Source: Candidatus Nomurabacteria bacterium
GTDB taxonomy: Bacteria > Patescibacteriota > Minisyncoccia > Phycocordibacterales > UBA9973
DNA: 64,000 bases
Direction of reading: 5' to 3'
Assembly (NCBI GenBank): GCA_026396065.1
Contig: JAPLXO010000003.1
Location: 1,304-65,303 of the forward strand
A program made the position numbers and the translations under genes. Below, piece by piece: positions 46,057-56,117 of this stretch (within the stretch, counting starts at the first letter, position 1; every line of letters starts with the position of its first letter). A model generated the notes under the pieces. That model was not told the origin of the DNA. It made no database searches and saw only the letters and a list, made by a program, of their open reading frames with translations.

Positions 46057-48306
46057 TTATTCAAAATGCAATTGTAAATGCTTCTTTGTGAGCATGTCTT
46101 TTAATTTTGGGAAATTACGGAGGTCTGGGTCAGTGGTTATTAGGTTTGTCGCTTCGAGGCGTGCGGCTTCTACCATTTTTATATTTTTAATCGCTTCCAT
46201 ACCGAGGTCGGTGATGCCCCATTGCTTTGAGCCTGCGAGTTCTCCTGCACCACGGAGCGATAGGTCGAGTTCAGAAAGCTCGAAACCATTTTTAGCCGTT
46301 TTTAATGCTTTCAATCGATGCATAGTTTTTTCTGATTTGGCTTCGGCAAAAACATAACAAAAGGCTTGATGATTACTACGTATCACGCGTCCGCGGAGCT
46401 GGTGAAGTTGTGCGAGTCCAAATCTCTCTGCACCTTCGATAATTATTATTGTAGCATTAGGCACATTCACACCGACTTCGATTACAGAAGTCGCGACGAG
46501 AATATCAATAGCCCCTAAAGTGAAACGTTCCATAACTTTCTCCTTTTTTTCTTTTGTCATCTTACTGTGGAGCACATCTATTTCACAGTCTTGGAAAACT
46601 TCTTTTTTAAGTCTTTTGGCTTCAGCGACTGCGGATTTCATGGTGAGGGCGAGTTCTTTTTCAGGATCTGGTTCGTCGATACGAGGGCAGATGACATAGA
46701 GCTGTCTACCTTTCGCCATTTCTTCTTTTATTTTTTTATAAGTATCTTCTCTTTTGTCTGGGGTAATTATTTCTGTAATAACTGGTTTTCTACCAGCTGG
46801 CATCTCATCGAGTAAACTCAAATCAAGGTCACCATAAATAGTGAGTGCGAGTGTGCGGGGGATCGGTGTCGCTGTCATTGAAAGTAGGTGTGGAGCGAAG
46901 CCATCCTTTCTAACTAAATTTCTTCTCTGTGCCGTACCGAAACGGTGTTGCTCGTCGATGATAGTAAGTGCGAGATTTTTAAATTTCACCGATTTTGAAA
47001 TGAGTGCGTGAGTGCCGATAAGTATTGGAATTTCACCATTAGCAGTCCATTTCAAAAGTTGAGCTCTGGAAATATTTGTCCATCCGTCAGGGCTGACTTT
47101 GGATGGAAATTTGCGACAGGTCTTGCCTGTAAGTAGTGCTACATTTATTGGTAAGTGTTTAAAATATTTTATAAATGATTCAAAATGCTGAGTCGCTAAA
47201 ATTTCTGTCGGTGCCATATAGGCGACTTGTAAATTACCGAATCCATCTTTCCCCTCCTGCCTGAGGAGGGGTGTTTTGGAATCAAAACGGGGTGGTGGGA
47301 GAGGAGGTCTTTGAGTAACTGTGGCATATGTTACCGTCGCAGCGACTGCTGTTTTACCAGAGCCGACGTCACCTTCGAGCAGGCGAGACATTGGGTGATC
47401 AGCTTTTATATCTGTCAGAATTGTGTTGATAGCATCGACTTGGCCTTGAGTGGCTTCAAAAGGAAAACGTTCCAAAAATTCTTGTACTTTTGTTTCATCT
47501 GGATTAACACGAAATGATTTATTATTTTTATATTCTCTTCGGTCTTGTTGTCTTTGTAATTGGATGAAAAAAACTTCTTCAAAAGCAAAACGCTTTCTAG
47601 CTGAAAGGGAATCATGTTCATTTTGCGGTGTGTGAATCCAAATGAGTGATGTTTTTAAACTAGGTAAATGATATTTATCTAAAATGTCTTTTGGTATGTA
47701 ATCAAAAAAACCATCTAGCACACTACTGTTAAATATTTTTTGTATTGTATGGTAAATCCATTTAGAAGTTATGCCTCTAGTTTCTCTGTATACAGGATAT
47801 GAAAGTCCTGTATTATTTTCTCCCCCTTTATAAGGGGGAGTGCCCAAAGGGCGAGGGGGTGAATTTTTAAATAAACTCTCATGTTTATCTATCGGTAGAT
47901 TTCCAATTTTTTCAAATTCTGGATTGGTAAGATATAAACCACTTTTACTTTCCGTCACTTTTCCTGTTAGCTTTATATTTTCACCTTCGTGAATCATTTT
48001 GGCTAGATATGCTTGGTGAAACCAAATGATTTTTATTCTCCCTGAAAGATCCTCAATATAAGCTTCACCCATTGGTATATGTGAACGAAAACCTTTTTTT
48101 GTTTTTAAATTTGTAACTTTTCCATAAACCGTCGCTGTCTCACCAGCTATCAATTCATCGATTTGTTTTATTTGAGAAATATCTGAGTAACGAACAGGAA
48201 AGTAGAATAGCAAATCGGCAACAGAAAAAAGCCCGAGCTTATGAAGGGCTTTTTTCTGGTTGATATCGAGGCGGGAAATATCCTCTAACTTATCACCTAT
48301 ATTCAT
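46057..48306 (-). CDS. recG: ATP-dependent DNA helicase RecG
   Basis: GDVGSGKT, DEQHRFG, TATPIPRTL, QLHQLRGRV. Confidence 0.96.
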   Translation of the reverse strand: MNIGDKLEDISRLDINQKKALHKLGLFSVADLLFYFPVRYSDISQIKQIDELIAGETATVYGKVTNLKTKKGFRSHIPMGEAYIEDLSGRIKIIWFHQAYLAKMIHEGENIKLTGKVTESKSGLYLTNPEFEKIGNLPIDKHESLFKNSPPRPLGTPPYKGGENNTGLSYPVYRETRGITSKWIYHTIQKIFNSSVLDGFFDYIPKDILDKYHLPSLKTSLIWIHTPQNEHDSLSARKRFAFEEVFFIQLQRQQDRREYKNNKSFRVNPDETKVQEFLERFPFEATQGQVDAINTILTDIKADHPMSRLLEGDVGSGKTAVAATVTYATVTQRPPLPPPRFDSKTPLLRQEGKDGFGNLQVAYMAPTEILATQHFESFIKYFKHLPINVALLTGKTCRKFPSKVSPDGWTNISRAQLLKWTANGEIPILIGTHALISKSVKFKNLALTIIDEQHRFGTAQRRNLVRKDGFAPHLLSMTATPIPRTLALTIYGDLDLSLLDEMPAGRKPVITEIITPDKREDTYKKIKEEMAKGRQLYVICPRIDEPDPEKELALTMKSAVAEAKRLKKEVFQDCEIDVLHSKMTKEKKEKVMERFTLGAIDILVATSVIEVGVNVPNATIIIIEGAERFGLAQLHQLRGRVIRSNHQAFCYVFAEAKSEKTMHRLKALKTAKNGFELSELDLSLRGAGELAGSKQWGITDLGMEAIKNIKMVEAARLEATNLITTDPDLRNFPKLKDMLTKKHLQLHFE

Positions 48307-48310
48307 AGTT

Positions 48311-48685
48311 TTAGTTACCAATTAATTCTTTTATTTTCTTTGTCAGTTCATCAAGTGTGAAATTTGATTTTACCATGAATTCACTGATACCTAGCTTTTG
48401 TGCACGTGAAATATCTTTTTCTTCTGAAAGATTTGAGAATACTATTACTGGAATAGTAAGCATTGCTTTATTTTCACGGATTTTTTCTAAAATCATAAAA
48501 CCATCAACTTGAGGAAGAAGTAGATCTAATAATATTAAATCTATCTTTTCTCCGCTATCTGTAATCTTAAATACCTCATCGCTATTTATAGCCACAAGTA
48601 CCTCATACCCTTCTTTTTTAAGTTTGGTTGCTTCTAGACCTTGTAGGAATAGATCATCTTCAACAATCAGTATTTTTTTAGACAT
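48311..48685 (-). CDS. Single-domain response regulator
   Basis: ILIVEDD, LLDLLLP..DG, K. Confidence 0.92.
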   Translation of the reverse strand: MSKKILIVEDDLFLQGLEATKLKKEGYEVLVAINSDEVFKITDSGEKIDLILLDLLLPQVDGFMILEKIRENKAMLTIPVIVFSNLSEEKDISRAQKLGISEFMVKSNFTLDELTKKIKELIGN

Positions 48686-48720
48686 ATGGATATTATACTA
48701 CAAGCAGAAAGCCTTGCAAG

Positions 48721-49476
48721 TTATTTTTTAGCTATAGGTACTGTAAAGAAAAAGGTCGTACCATGGCCTGCTTCACTTTCAAACCAGACTTTTCCACCCT
48801 GAGCCTCAGATATTTTCTTTGTTGTATATAATCCAATTCCAGACCCCATAGCTTCTTTTTTTTGTGCATCATCAGTGCGATAGAATTTTTCAAATATTTT
48901 TTTCTTACTATCTTCAGATATACCAATACCAGAGTCTTTTACAGATACTTCTACTAATCCATCGTCGTTTACTTTTATTGAAATAAATATTTTACCATGG
49001 TAATGACTATATTTAATTGCATTCTCTATCAAATTTTGTAATATTACTCGAGTTTTTTCCTTATCTATTTTTACATGAGGTATTGTATTATTCGGTTTTA
49101 AGAAAATTATTTCAATACCACGCCCCATTGATTCTCCAGAAAAATCAAAAATTGTACTTTCAATAATTTCTATCAAATTAGCATTTTCAAAAATATATTT
49201 TTTTTCTACTACATCTTCTGACTTGTTAATAAGTAAAATTTCACTTACAAGACTTATCGCTCTTTCATTTCCATCTGATGCTTTTCTAAGCAATGTTTCT
49301 TGTTCTAACGTAAGTCTTCCTAAGTCTCCATCTAGAAACATCCTTATTATCCATTTTAGTGCAGCCAACGATGTGCGTATTTGGTGCGCACCAATAGACA
49401 CAATTTCTGATTTTACAGAATTCAATTTTACTAGACGTTCATTTTCACTTTTTAATTTTTCTATTTCTTCAGGCAT
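48721..49476 (-). CDS. Histidine kinase (HisKA + HATPase, no sensor domain)
   Basis: HQIRT, NLIENAIKY, DSGIGI, GSGIGL. Confidence 0.92.
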   Translation of the reverse strand: MPEEIEKLKSENERLVKLNSVKSEIVSIGAHQIRTSLAALKWIIRMFLDGDLGRLTLEQETLLRKASDGNERAISLVSEILLINKSEDVVEKKYIFENANLIEIIESTIFDFSGESMGRGIEIIFLKPNNTIPHVKIDKEKTRVILQNLIENAIKYSHYHGKIFISIKVNDDGLVEVSVKDSGIGISEDSKKKIFEKFYRTDDAQKKEAMGSGIGLYTTKKISEAQGGKVWFESEAGHGTTFFFTVPIAKK

Positions 49477-49540
49477 AAGAGTATTTTAGCATAAGATTTT
49501 ATTATTAGATATTCTTTGATGGAAGTATTATAATGTAAAT

Positions 49541-50515
49541 ATGAATAAAAAAGTCTTTATAACAAGGAATATTCCAGACCTCGGGATTACTATGTTAAAA
49601 AATAAGGGTTATGAGGTAGATATTTATCCAAAGAATAAAATAATGTCTCAAAAAGAGCTTATTTCTATATTAAAAAAGAAAGATTATGATGCTGTTTTGT
49701 GTCTTTTGACTGATAAAATAGATGCAAAAGTCTATAATGCCTCACCATCGGTAAAAATATATTCAAACTATGCTACGGGTTTTGATAATTTAGATTTAGC
49801 TGAAGCTAAAAAAAGAGGAATTTTGATTGCGAATTCTCCAGCCGATTTGTCTTCAGAAGCTGTCGCCGAGCATGCACTCGTAATGATGTTAGCTCTTGCA
49901 GCGCGAATAGTAGAAGCTGATGATTTTGTTCGTCGTGGAAAGTATAAAGGTTGGGATCCGATGCATTTTATCGGTACAGATATTTTAGGAAAAACTCTCG
50001 GGCTCGTCGGTGCTGGTAGAATAGGGGAACGAGTAGCCTTTTATGCAAAAGGCTTAGGAATGAAAATAATTTATACAGATGTCACAAAAAATCCTAGAAT
50101 AGAAGAATCAGTCGGCGCAGAATATTTTGCTACTATGGAAGAACTTTTACCAAAAGCAGATATTGTGACTTTACATGTGCCACTTTTAGAATCGACAAAA
50201 CATTTAATGAATGAAAAACATTTTAAAATGATGAAGCAGACTGCTTTTTTAGTAAATACTTCTCGTGGCCCTGTCGTAGATGAAAAAGCACTCGTGAAAG
50301 CTTTGAAAGAAAAAGTGATTGCAGGTGCAGGACTGGATGTTTTTGAATTTGAACCAAAATTGGTTTCTGGTTTATCAAAACTTCAAAATGTAATTCTCAC
50401 ACCACATATCGGATCTGCAAGTATCGAAGCTCGAAATCAAATGGCCGAGGTTGCCGTAAATAATATAATAGATTTTTTTGAAGGAAAAGTTCCTGCAAAT
50501 ATCGTAAATAAATAA
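49541..50515 (+). CDS. D-glycerate dehydrogenase / glyoxylate reductase
   Basis: [34 protein letters not shown]. Confidence 0.92.
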   Translation: MNKKVFITRNIPDLGITMLKNKGYEVDIYPKNKIMSQKELISILKKKDYDAVLCLLTDKIDAKVYNASPSVKIYSNYATGFDNLDLAEAKKRGILIANSPADLSSEAVAEHALVMMLALAARIVEADDFVRRGKYKGWDPMHFIGTDILGKTLGLVGAGRIGERVAFYAKGLGMKIIYTDVTKNPRIEESVGAEYFATMEELLPKADIVTLHVPLLESTKHLMNEKHFKMMKQTAFLVNTSRGPVVDEKALVKALKEKVIAGAGLDVFEFEPKLVSGLSKLQNVILTPHIGSASIEARNQMAEVAVNNIIDFFEGKVPANIVNK

Positions 50516-50525
50516 AATAAAAAAT

Positions 50526-51953
50526 ATGATTGGAAAATTAATTATCGCAAGACATGAAGAATCGGAATGGAATAAGCTAGGTAAATGGACTGGTTCTATG
50601 AATATTGGTTTGACAGAAAAAGGTTTTGATAATTCTCGAAAAATGGGGGAACTTATTCGTGGTATTCCAATGGATCAAGCCTTTGCTTCGACACAAATTC
50701 GCTCTCTTGAAACACTGCTTTGTATGGAGGACGATATTTGTATTGATTTACCGATTACTCGTTCTTCAGCTTTAAATGAAAGGGATTATGGGGATTATAC
50801 TGGAAAAAATAAATGGGAAATGAAAGACCTGTTGGGCGAAGAAGAATTTGATAAACTTCGTCGCAATTGGGATTATCCTGTGCCAAACGGTGAGACATTA
50901 AAAGTTGTTTATGAAAGGGTGGTGCCATATTATTTAAATACTATTTTACCAATTTTAAAAGAAGGGAAGACTGTACTTCTCGTCGCTCATGGAAATTCAC
51001 TTCGAGCTTTGATGAAATATTTAGAAAATATTTCTGATGAAAATATTTCTCATTTAGAGATGCTTTTCGATACTGTTGTTATTTATGAAATAAATGAAGA
51101 GGGAAGAATGATTAATAAAGAAGAGAGACATATGCCAGTTGTAAAAGATGATACAAAAAAAGTCGCACAGATTGTGGCGACGATTGGGATTAATTCTGGA
51201 AACAGAGAAACACTTTTGGAATTGATAAATCACAATATGAATGTGGCACGACTAAATTTTTCTTGGTCCGATCTCGCCTGGCATGAAGAACATATTAAAA
51301 TGATTCGTGATATGGCGAAAGAGGCTGGAAAAAATATTTTAATTATTCAAGATTTACCAGGGCCGAGAATTCAAGAAGAACACGGGCATACATATGACAA
51401 GACAATGACTTTTGATATGACTGAGCAAGACAAAAACTTTGTGAAGTTTGGTGTAGAGCAGGGAGTAGACTATATAGCTCTTTCATTTGTCGGTAGTAAA
51501 AAAGAAATAGAAGAATGTAGAGAACTTGTAAAAAGTCTTAATGGCACACAAAAAATAATTGCGAAAGTAGAAAGAAAAGTCGCCCTCGATAACCTTGAAG
51601 AAATTATTTCTTCGGCTGATGCTGTAATGGTGGCGAGGGGAGACCTTGGCAATGAATTCCCATTAGAAGAAATTCCTTTCATTCAAGAAAAGATAATTAA
51701 AGCTTGTAATAAAGCTGGCAAACCTGTGATCACTGCGACACAAATGATGCTCTCGATGGTAAACAGTCCGACACCGACAAGAGCAGAAGTGACCGATGTG
51801 GATACTGCAATACTACAGGGAAGTGATGCAGTAATGCTCTCTGAAGAAACAGCCACAGGTAAATACCCAGTCGAAGCGGTGACTATGATGGAGAAAATAA
51901 TTCTCGAAGCTGAGAGTCATATGACCGGTGATAAAAAATTAAATCTTTTATAA
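50526..51953 (+). CDS. Fusion: dPGM-type phosphoglycerate mutase + truncated pyruvate kinase
   Basis: N-half [22 protein letters not shown]; C-half ARLNFS, AKVE, ARGDLG, PTRAE, MLSEET. Confidence 0.9.
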   Translation: MIGKLIIARHEESEWNKLGKWTGSMNIGLTEKGFDNSRKMGELIRGIPMDQAFASTQIRSLETLLCMEDDICIDLPITRSSALNERDYGDYTGKNKWEMKDLLGEEEFDKLRRNWDYPVPNGETLKVVYERVVPYYLNTILPILKEGKTVLLVAHGNSLRALMKYLENISDENISHLEMLFDTVVIYEINEEGRMINKEERHMPVVKDDTKKVAQIVATIGINSGNRETLLELINHNMNVARLNFSWSDLAWHEEHIKMIRDMAKEAGKNILIIQDLPGPRIQEEHGHTYDKTMTFDMTEQDKNFVKFGVEQGVDYIALSFVGSKKEIEECRELVKSLNGTQKIIAKVERKVALDNLEEIISSADAVMVARGDLGNEFPLEEIPFIQEKIIKACNKAGKPVITATQMMLSMVNSPTPTRAEVTDVDTAILQGSDAVMLSEETATGKYPVEAVTMMEKIILEAESHMTGDKKLNLL

Positions 51954-51958
51954 AATTT

Positions 51959-53209
51959 ATGCAAAAAATAAAAAAAGTTACGGGGAGGGAAATAATAGAT
52001 TCACGAGGAAATCCGACTGTCGAAGTGGAGTGTGAACTTGAGAGTGGGACAGTGGCTGTGGCTGGTGTGCCGTCGGGGGCGAGTACTGGAATACACGAAG
52101 CCTTGGAATTGCGAGATAGAGATATGGCCAGATACAATGGCCTCGGAGTTTTGAATGCGGTAAATAATGTAAATACTATAATTAATGAAAATATTTCTGG
52201 GAAAGAATTTAATCAGAGATCTTTAGATGAAACTTTGATTACACTCGACGGCACAAAAAATAAATCCAAACTCGGAGCGAATGCAATACTCGGAGTGTCG
52301 CTCGCTTTTGCTCGCGCAGTCTCTCTCGAGAAAAAAATAAATTTATATGAATATTTAGGGTCTTTAGTCGGCAATACACAATACACTTTACCTGAGCCAA
52401 TGTTCAATGTGATCAATGGTGGTAAGCACGCAGATAGTGGACTCGATATTCAAGAATTTATGATTATCCCCGTCGGCATAAAAACTTTCAAAGAAAAAGT
52501 GCGAGTCGTTTCAGAAGTTATTTCAGCCTTGAAAAGAGTTTTAGTAGAAAAAGGTTTCGGCGTTGGTGTGGGGGATGAGGGTGGCTTTGCACCAAAACTC
52601 GCTTCCAATGAAGAAGCTTTTGATATTTTAATACAAGCAATACAAAATGCTGGCTATACTACAGAGCAAATAAAGATCGGTATCGATGCGGCAGCATCAA
52701 GCTTCTTTATAGATGGAATGTATAAATTAAAAATAGCAGGGGAGGAGAAAAGTTTGAATACCGAGGAAATGATAGCTTGGTATGAAAAGCTCGTATCTAC
52801 ATACCCGATAATTTCTATCGAAGACGGACTCAATGAAGAGGATTGGGCTGGATTCGTATCATTAAATAAAAAACTCGGAGACAATATAAAAATAATAGGG
52901 GATGACCTACTCGTGACGAATGTAGAAAAAATACAAAAAGCTATAACAGAGAATGCAGTGAATTCTGTTTTGATAAAATTGAATCAAATCGGAACTTTGT
53001 CTGAGACTATTGATGCGATACAAATGACTAAAAAACAAAATTGGAATGCAATCGTATCTCATCGCTCAGGGGAGACGAATGATACATTTATCGCTGATCT
53101 CGCTGTGGGCTTTTCATGTGGCTACATAAAATCCGGATCACTTACTCGCGAAGAAAGAGTTTGTAAATATAATCGTTTGATGGAGATAGAAGAAGATATT
53201 TCTAAATAA
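51959..53209 (+). CDS. eno: Enolase
   Basis: DSRGNPTVE, PSGASTG, GDEGGF, SHRSGET. Confidence 0.97.
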   Translation: MQKIKKVTGREIIDSRGNPTVEVECELESGTVAVAGVPSGASTGIHEALELRDRDMARYNGLGVLNAVNNVNTIINENISGKEFNQRSLDETLITLDGTKNKSKLGANAILGVSLAFARAVSLEKKINLYEYLGSLVGNTQYTLPEPMFNVINGGKHADSGLDIQEFMIIPVGIKTFKEKVRVVSEVISALKRVLVEKGFGVGVGDEGGFAPKLASNEEAFDILIQAIQNAGYTTEQIKIGIDAAASSFFIDGMYKLKIAGEEKSLNTEEMIAWYEKLVSTYPIISIEDGLNEEDWAGFVSLNKKLGDNIKIIGDDLLVTNVEKIQKAITENAVNSVLIKLNQIGTLSETIDAIQMTKKQNWNAIVSHRSGETNDTFIADLAVGFSCGYIKSGSLTREERVCKYNRLMEIEEDISK

Positions 53210-53364
53210 AAAAAGCTAGCAATGTGTTTAGTTGTTGGATTTGCGTATTGCAAATCCTTGACCTATCAATGAGTTTATGATATTATAAAGTTAGGTTAGT
53301 TGAGGTCTAAAGCCTCGTTAAACAAGCCAAAAAAGTAAAAGTTTAACCTTTAAAAACTAAAAAA

Positions 53365-53745
53365 ATGAATCTAGGAGAATTAGCCAACAGGCTTACAACA
53401 GACGCGAAAGTTTTTCGCAACAAAAAATTAATTACTGAAGTCCTTCCTAAGGTAAACGGACAGGAAATCACCGAAGAAAATGTTAAAAAATTTATTAATG
53501 AATTTTTAACACAAGTAAAATTACCAGCAGATGTGAGAGATGTCATTGACCTTAAACTGGGTGATTATTCGAAGCGTGCTTTAAACAGTATCAGAAGAAA
53601 TAATCACATGAATGACTACGAAAGTGGAAACACTTTTAATCAAATTAGTGCTGAAGCTATTCTCGTTGATTTTATCAACTATGCTTGTATGCCACTTGAC
53701 CTTGGATTCTACACAAAGGATTTGCTTGAGAAAGTTCCTGCTTAA
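53365..53745 (+). CDS. Hypothetical protein
   Basis: 126-aa ORF with a downstream hairpin at 53771-53800. Confidence 0.6.
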   Translation: MNLGELANRLTTDAKVFRNKKLITEVLPKVNGQEITEENVKKFINEFLTQVKLPADVRDVIDLKLGDYSKRALNSIRRNNHMNDYESGNTFNQISAEAILVDFINYACMPLDLGFYTKDLLEKVPA

Positions 53746-53865
53746 ATTTTGCCACAATGAAATCATTTTTAAAAGCCCCTCTGCTATGCACGGGCTTTTT
53801 ATTTTTACTTTAAATTTAGAATGTGTTCACAAAAAAAAATGTTAAATACAGTTAAAAAAACTTTG

Positions 53866-53951
53866 CGGAAGCGGTGAGATTCGAACTCACGGTCCTTTAA
53901 AGGGACGGCGGTTTAGTAAACCGCTGCCTTAAACCACTCGGCCACGCTTCC
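53866..53951 (-). tRNA. tRNA-Ser with ACT anticodon
   Basis: GGAAGCG acceptor, GCGGT-TT-ACT-AA-ACCGC arm, long variable arm, G discriminator. Confidence 0.9.
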
Positions 53952-54013
53952 AGTATGAAGCTGTAATAAAACGACTTTAATGTTATACTAGCACAACATA
54001 ATAGATATATAAA

Positions 54014-54102
54014 GGAGCCGTGTCAGAGTGGTCTAACGTACCTCTTTGCTAAAGAGGCAGGGGCTTCAAAACCCCTCGACGGTTCGAATCCGTCCGGCTC
54101 CG
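54014..54102 (+). tRNA. tRNA-Ser(GCT)
   Basis: GGAGCCG acceptor, CCTCT-TT-GCT-AA-AGAGG arm, variable arm, GGTTCGAATCC. Confidence 0.93.
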
Positions 54103-54168
54103 CAAAGGTTGAAAATTTATTAATAAAAGTTTGTAATAATTAAAAGTCTAGAACGGCTTAGGTAATAT

Positions 54169-54534
54169 ATGAAAAAAATAACAAAAAAAACAGAAACAAA
54201 AGGAATGTCATTAGGTAAGAAAGTTGCAATAGGTGCTGGAGTAGCAGCTATTGGGGCGATAGGAGCCTATGCTTTTATGGGTCCAAATGGAAAAAAGAAT
54301 CAAAAGAAAGCGAAAGTTTTAGTAAATAAAATAGTAAAGACAGAAAAGAAAATCCAAAAAGATTGGAAAGACTTAAAAGCAAAAGCAGGACCATCTCTAA
54401 AAGAATTCAAAGCAACTATAAAAAAGATTACTGGTAAAGCAAAGACTATCGCAACTACAGAAGCCAAAAAGGATATTAAGTTAGTAAAAAAAATAGCAAA
54501 AAAAGTTTCAAAAGAAGTAAAGAGAAGAATTTAA
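54169..54534 (+). CDS. Lys-rich protein with one G/A-rich TM helix
   Basis: VAIGAGVAAIGAIGAYAF followed by basic helices. Confidence 0.65.
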   Translation: MKKITKKTETKGMSLGKKVAIGAGVAAIGAIGAYAFMGPNGKKNQKKAKVLVNKIVKTEKKIQKDWKDLKAKAGPSLKEFKATIKKITGKAKTIATTEAKKDIKLVKKIAKKVSKEVKRRI

Positions 54535-54560
54535 GCGTGATTTTGTAGTATAATTTAAAA

Positions 54561-55577
54561 ATGCAAAAGAAAAAAATTTTAGTTACAGGCGGATGCGGAT
54601 ATATCGGAAGTCATACAATAGTAGATTTACTAGAAAATGATTTTGAAGTTATTTCTATTGATAATTTATCTAATGGCTCGTTAAAAATGCTTGATGGTAT
54701 AGAGAAAATAACGGGTATAAAAGTAAAAAATTACAAAATAGATTTATGTAATTTAGAGGATACAAGAAAAGTGTTTAAAGAAAATTCAGACATTGTCGGC
54801 ATTATGCATTTTGCTGCTTTTAAATCTGTACCAGAGTCTGTAAAATATCCACTCAAATATTATATTAATAATATTAATTCTTTGGCCAATGTTTTAATTT
54901 GCGCACAAGAGTTTAACGTTAATCATTTTATTTTTTCTTCATCTTGTTCAGTGTACGGAAATACTACAGAGCTACCAATAATAGAAGAGACAGCCTTTGG
55001 TGTGACAGAGTCACCCTACGCATATACAAAACAAGTAGGAGAAATTATGTGTCGTGATCTTTGTAAATCAAATGAAAATTTTAGTACCACAATTTTAAGA
55101 TATTTTAATCCTGTTGGAGCCCATGACTCAGTATTGATTGGAGAATTACAAGAAAATCCTGAAAATCTTGTGCCTGTAATTACTCGTAGTGGTATTGGAA
55201 AAATAAAAGAAATGAAAGTTTATGGGAATGATTATCCTACACGTGACGGGTCGTGTATTCGTGATTATATTCACGTGATGGATATTGCCAGTGCCCATAC
55301 AAAAGCATTACTACATTCTTTTTCTCGAGAAGATGCTAATCGTTATGAAGTTTTTAATCTTGGTAGTGGTGCTGGAACAACAGTACTCGAAATGATACAA
55401 GCATTTGAAAAAGTTTCTGGTAAAAAATTAAATTATACTATCGTGCCTCGTCGCACTGGGGACGTCGTAGCTGTGTATGCTGATAATGATAAGGCTCGTC
55501 GAGTTTTAGGTTGGGAAATAAAATATAATTTAGAAAAAATGATGGATACTGCTTGGCGTTGGGAGCAGACTATGTAA
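54561..55577 (+). CDS. galE: UDP-glucose 4-epimerase
   Basis: TGGCGYIGSH, HFAAFKSVPES, YAYTK, LRYFNPVGAH, RDYIHV. Confidence 0.96.
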   Translation: MQKKKILVTGGCGYIGSHTIVDLLENDFEVISIDNLSNGSLKMLDGIEKITGIKVKNYKIDLCNLEDTRKVFKENSDIVGIMHFAAFKSVPESVKYPLKYYINNINSLANVLICAQEFNVNHFIFSSSCSVYGNTTELPIIEETAFGVTESPYAYTKQVGEIMCRDLCKSNENFSTTILRYFNPVGAHDSVLIGELQENPENLVPVITRSGIGKIKEMKVYGNDYPTRDGSCIRDYIHVMDIASAHTKALLHSFSREDANRYEVFNLGSGAGTTVLEMIQAFEKVSGKKLNYTIVPRRTGDVVAVYADNDKARRVLGWEIKYNLEKMMDTAWRWEQTM

Positions 55578-55604
55578 AAAATTATTTTCTGATATACTCT
55601 TGAT

Positions 55605-56117
55605 ATGAAAGGTATGACTTTTTTAGATAAAATAAAACAAAAATTTTGGCGTTGGATCTACAGCTTTTTTCCAAGCTTACAAAAGTGGCTTTTGAAGACT
55701 CATCTTATTTGGCATGAAAAGGGAAGGCAAAAATATCATATTGGTTGGTTGGCACACGGAAGAACTTTAGAAGAGTTAAAAAAACATTTACATCAGAAAT
55801 GGGGTTTTGGTAATCATTTCGTGGCATGGACAGATGATGGGCAGGTATTGAGTTGGAGAAAACTTTTAGATTTTCAAGATCAATATCATTTACGTGTTTT
55901 CTCTGATGGAGAAATTCGTGGACATTATGAGCTCACACCAGAAGCACACCCTATTGCACACTTTGAAGAAAAAGGAGAGACACATTGTCAAAAAGAATTT
56001 GTAAAATTTTTAGGTGATTTTGTAACAGATAAAAAACCAAAAAATATGCATTTAACCATGGATCCAAATGCTTGGAATCCAGATTCAGAAATTACTATTG
56101 ATCAAGTTAAAAACTAA
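55605..56117 (+). CDS. Hypothetical protein
   Basis: 170-aa ORF; QYHLRVF..GEIRGHYE segment. Confidence 0.65.
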   Translation: MKGMTFLDKIKQKFWRWIYSFFPSLQKWLLKTHLIWHEKGRQKYHIGWLAHGRTLEELKKHLHQKWGFGNHFVAWTDDGQVLSWRKLLDFQDQYHLRVFSDGEIRGHYELTPEAHPIAHFEEKGETHCQKEFVKFLGDFVTDKKPKNMHLTMDPNAWNPDSEITIDQVKN

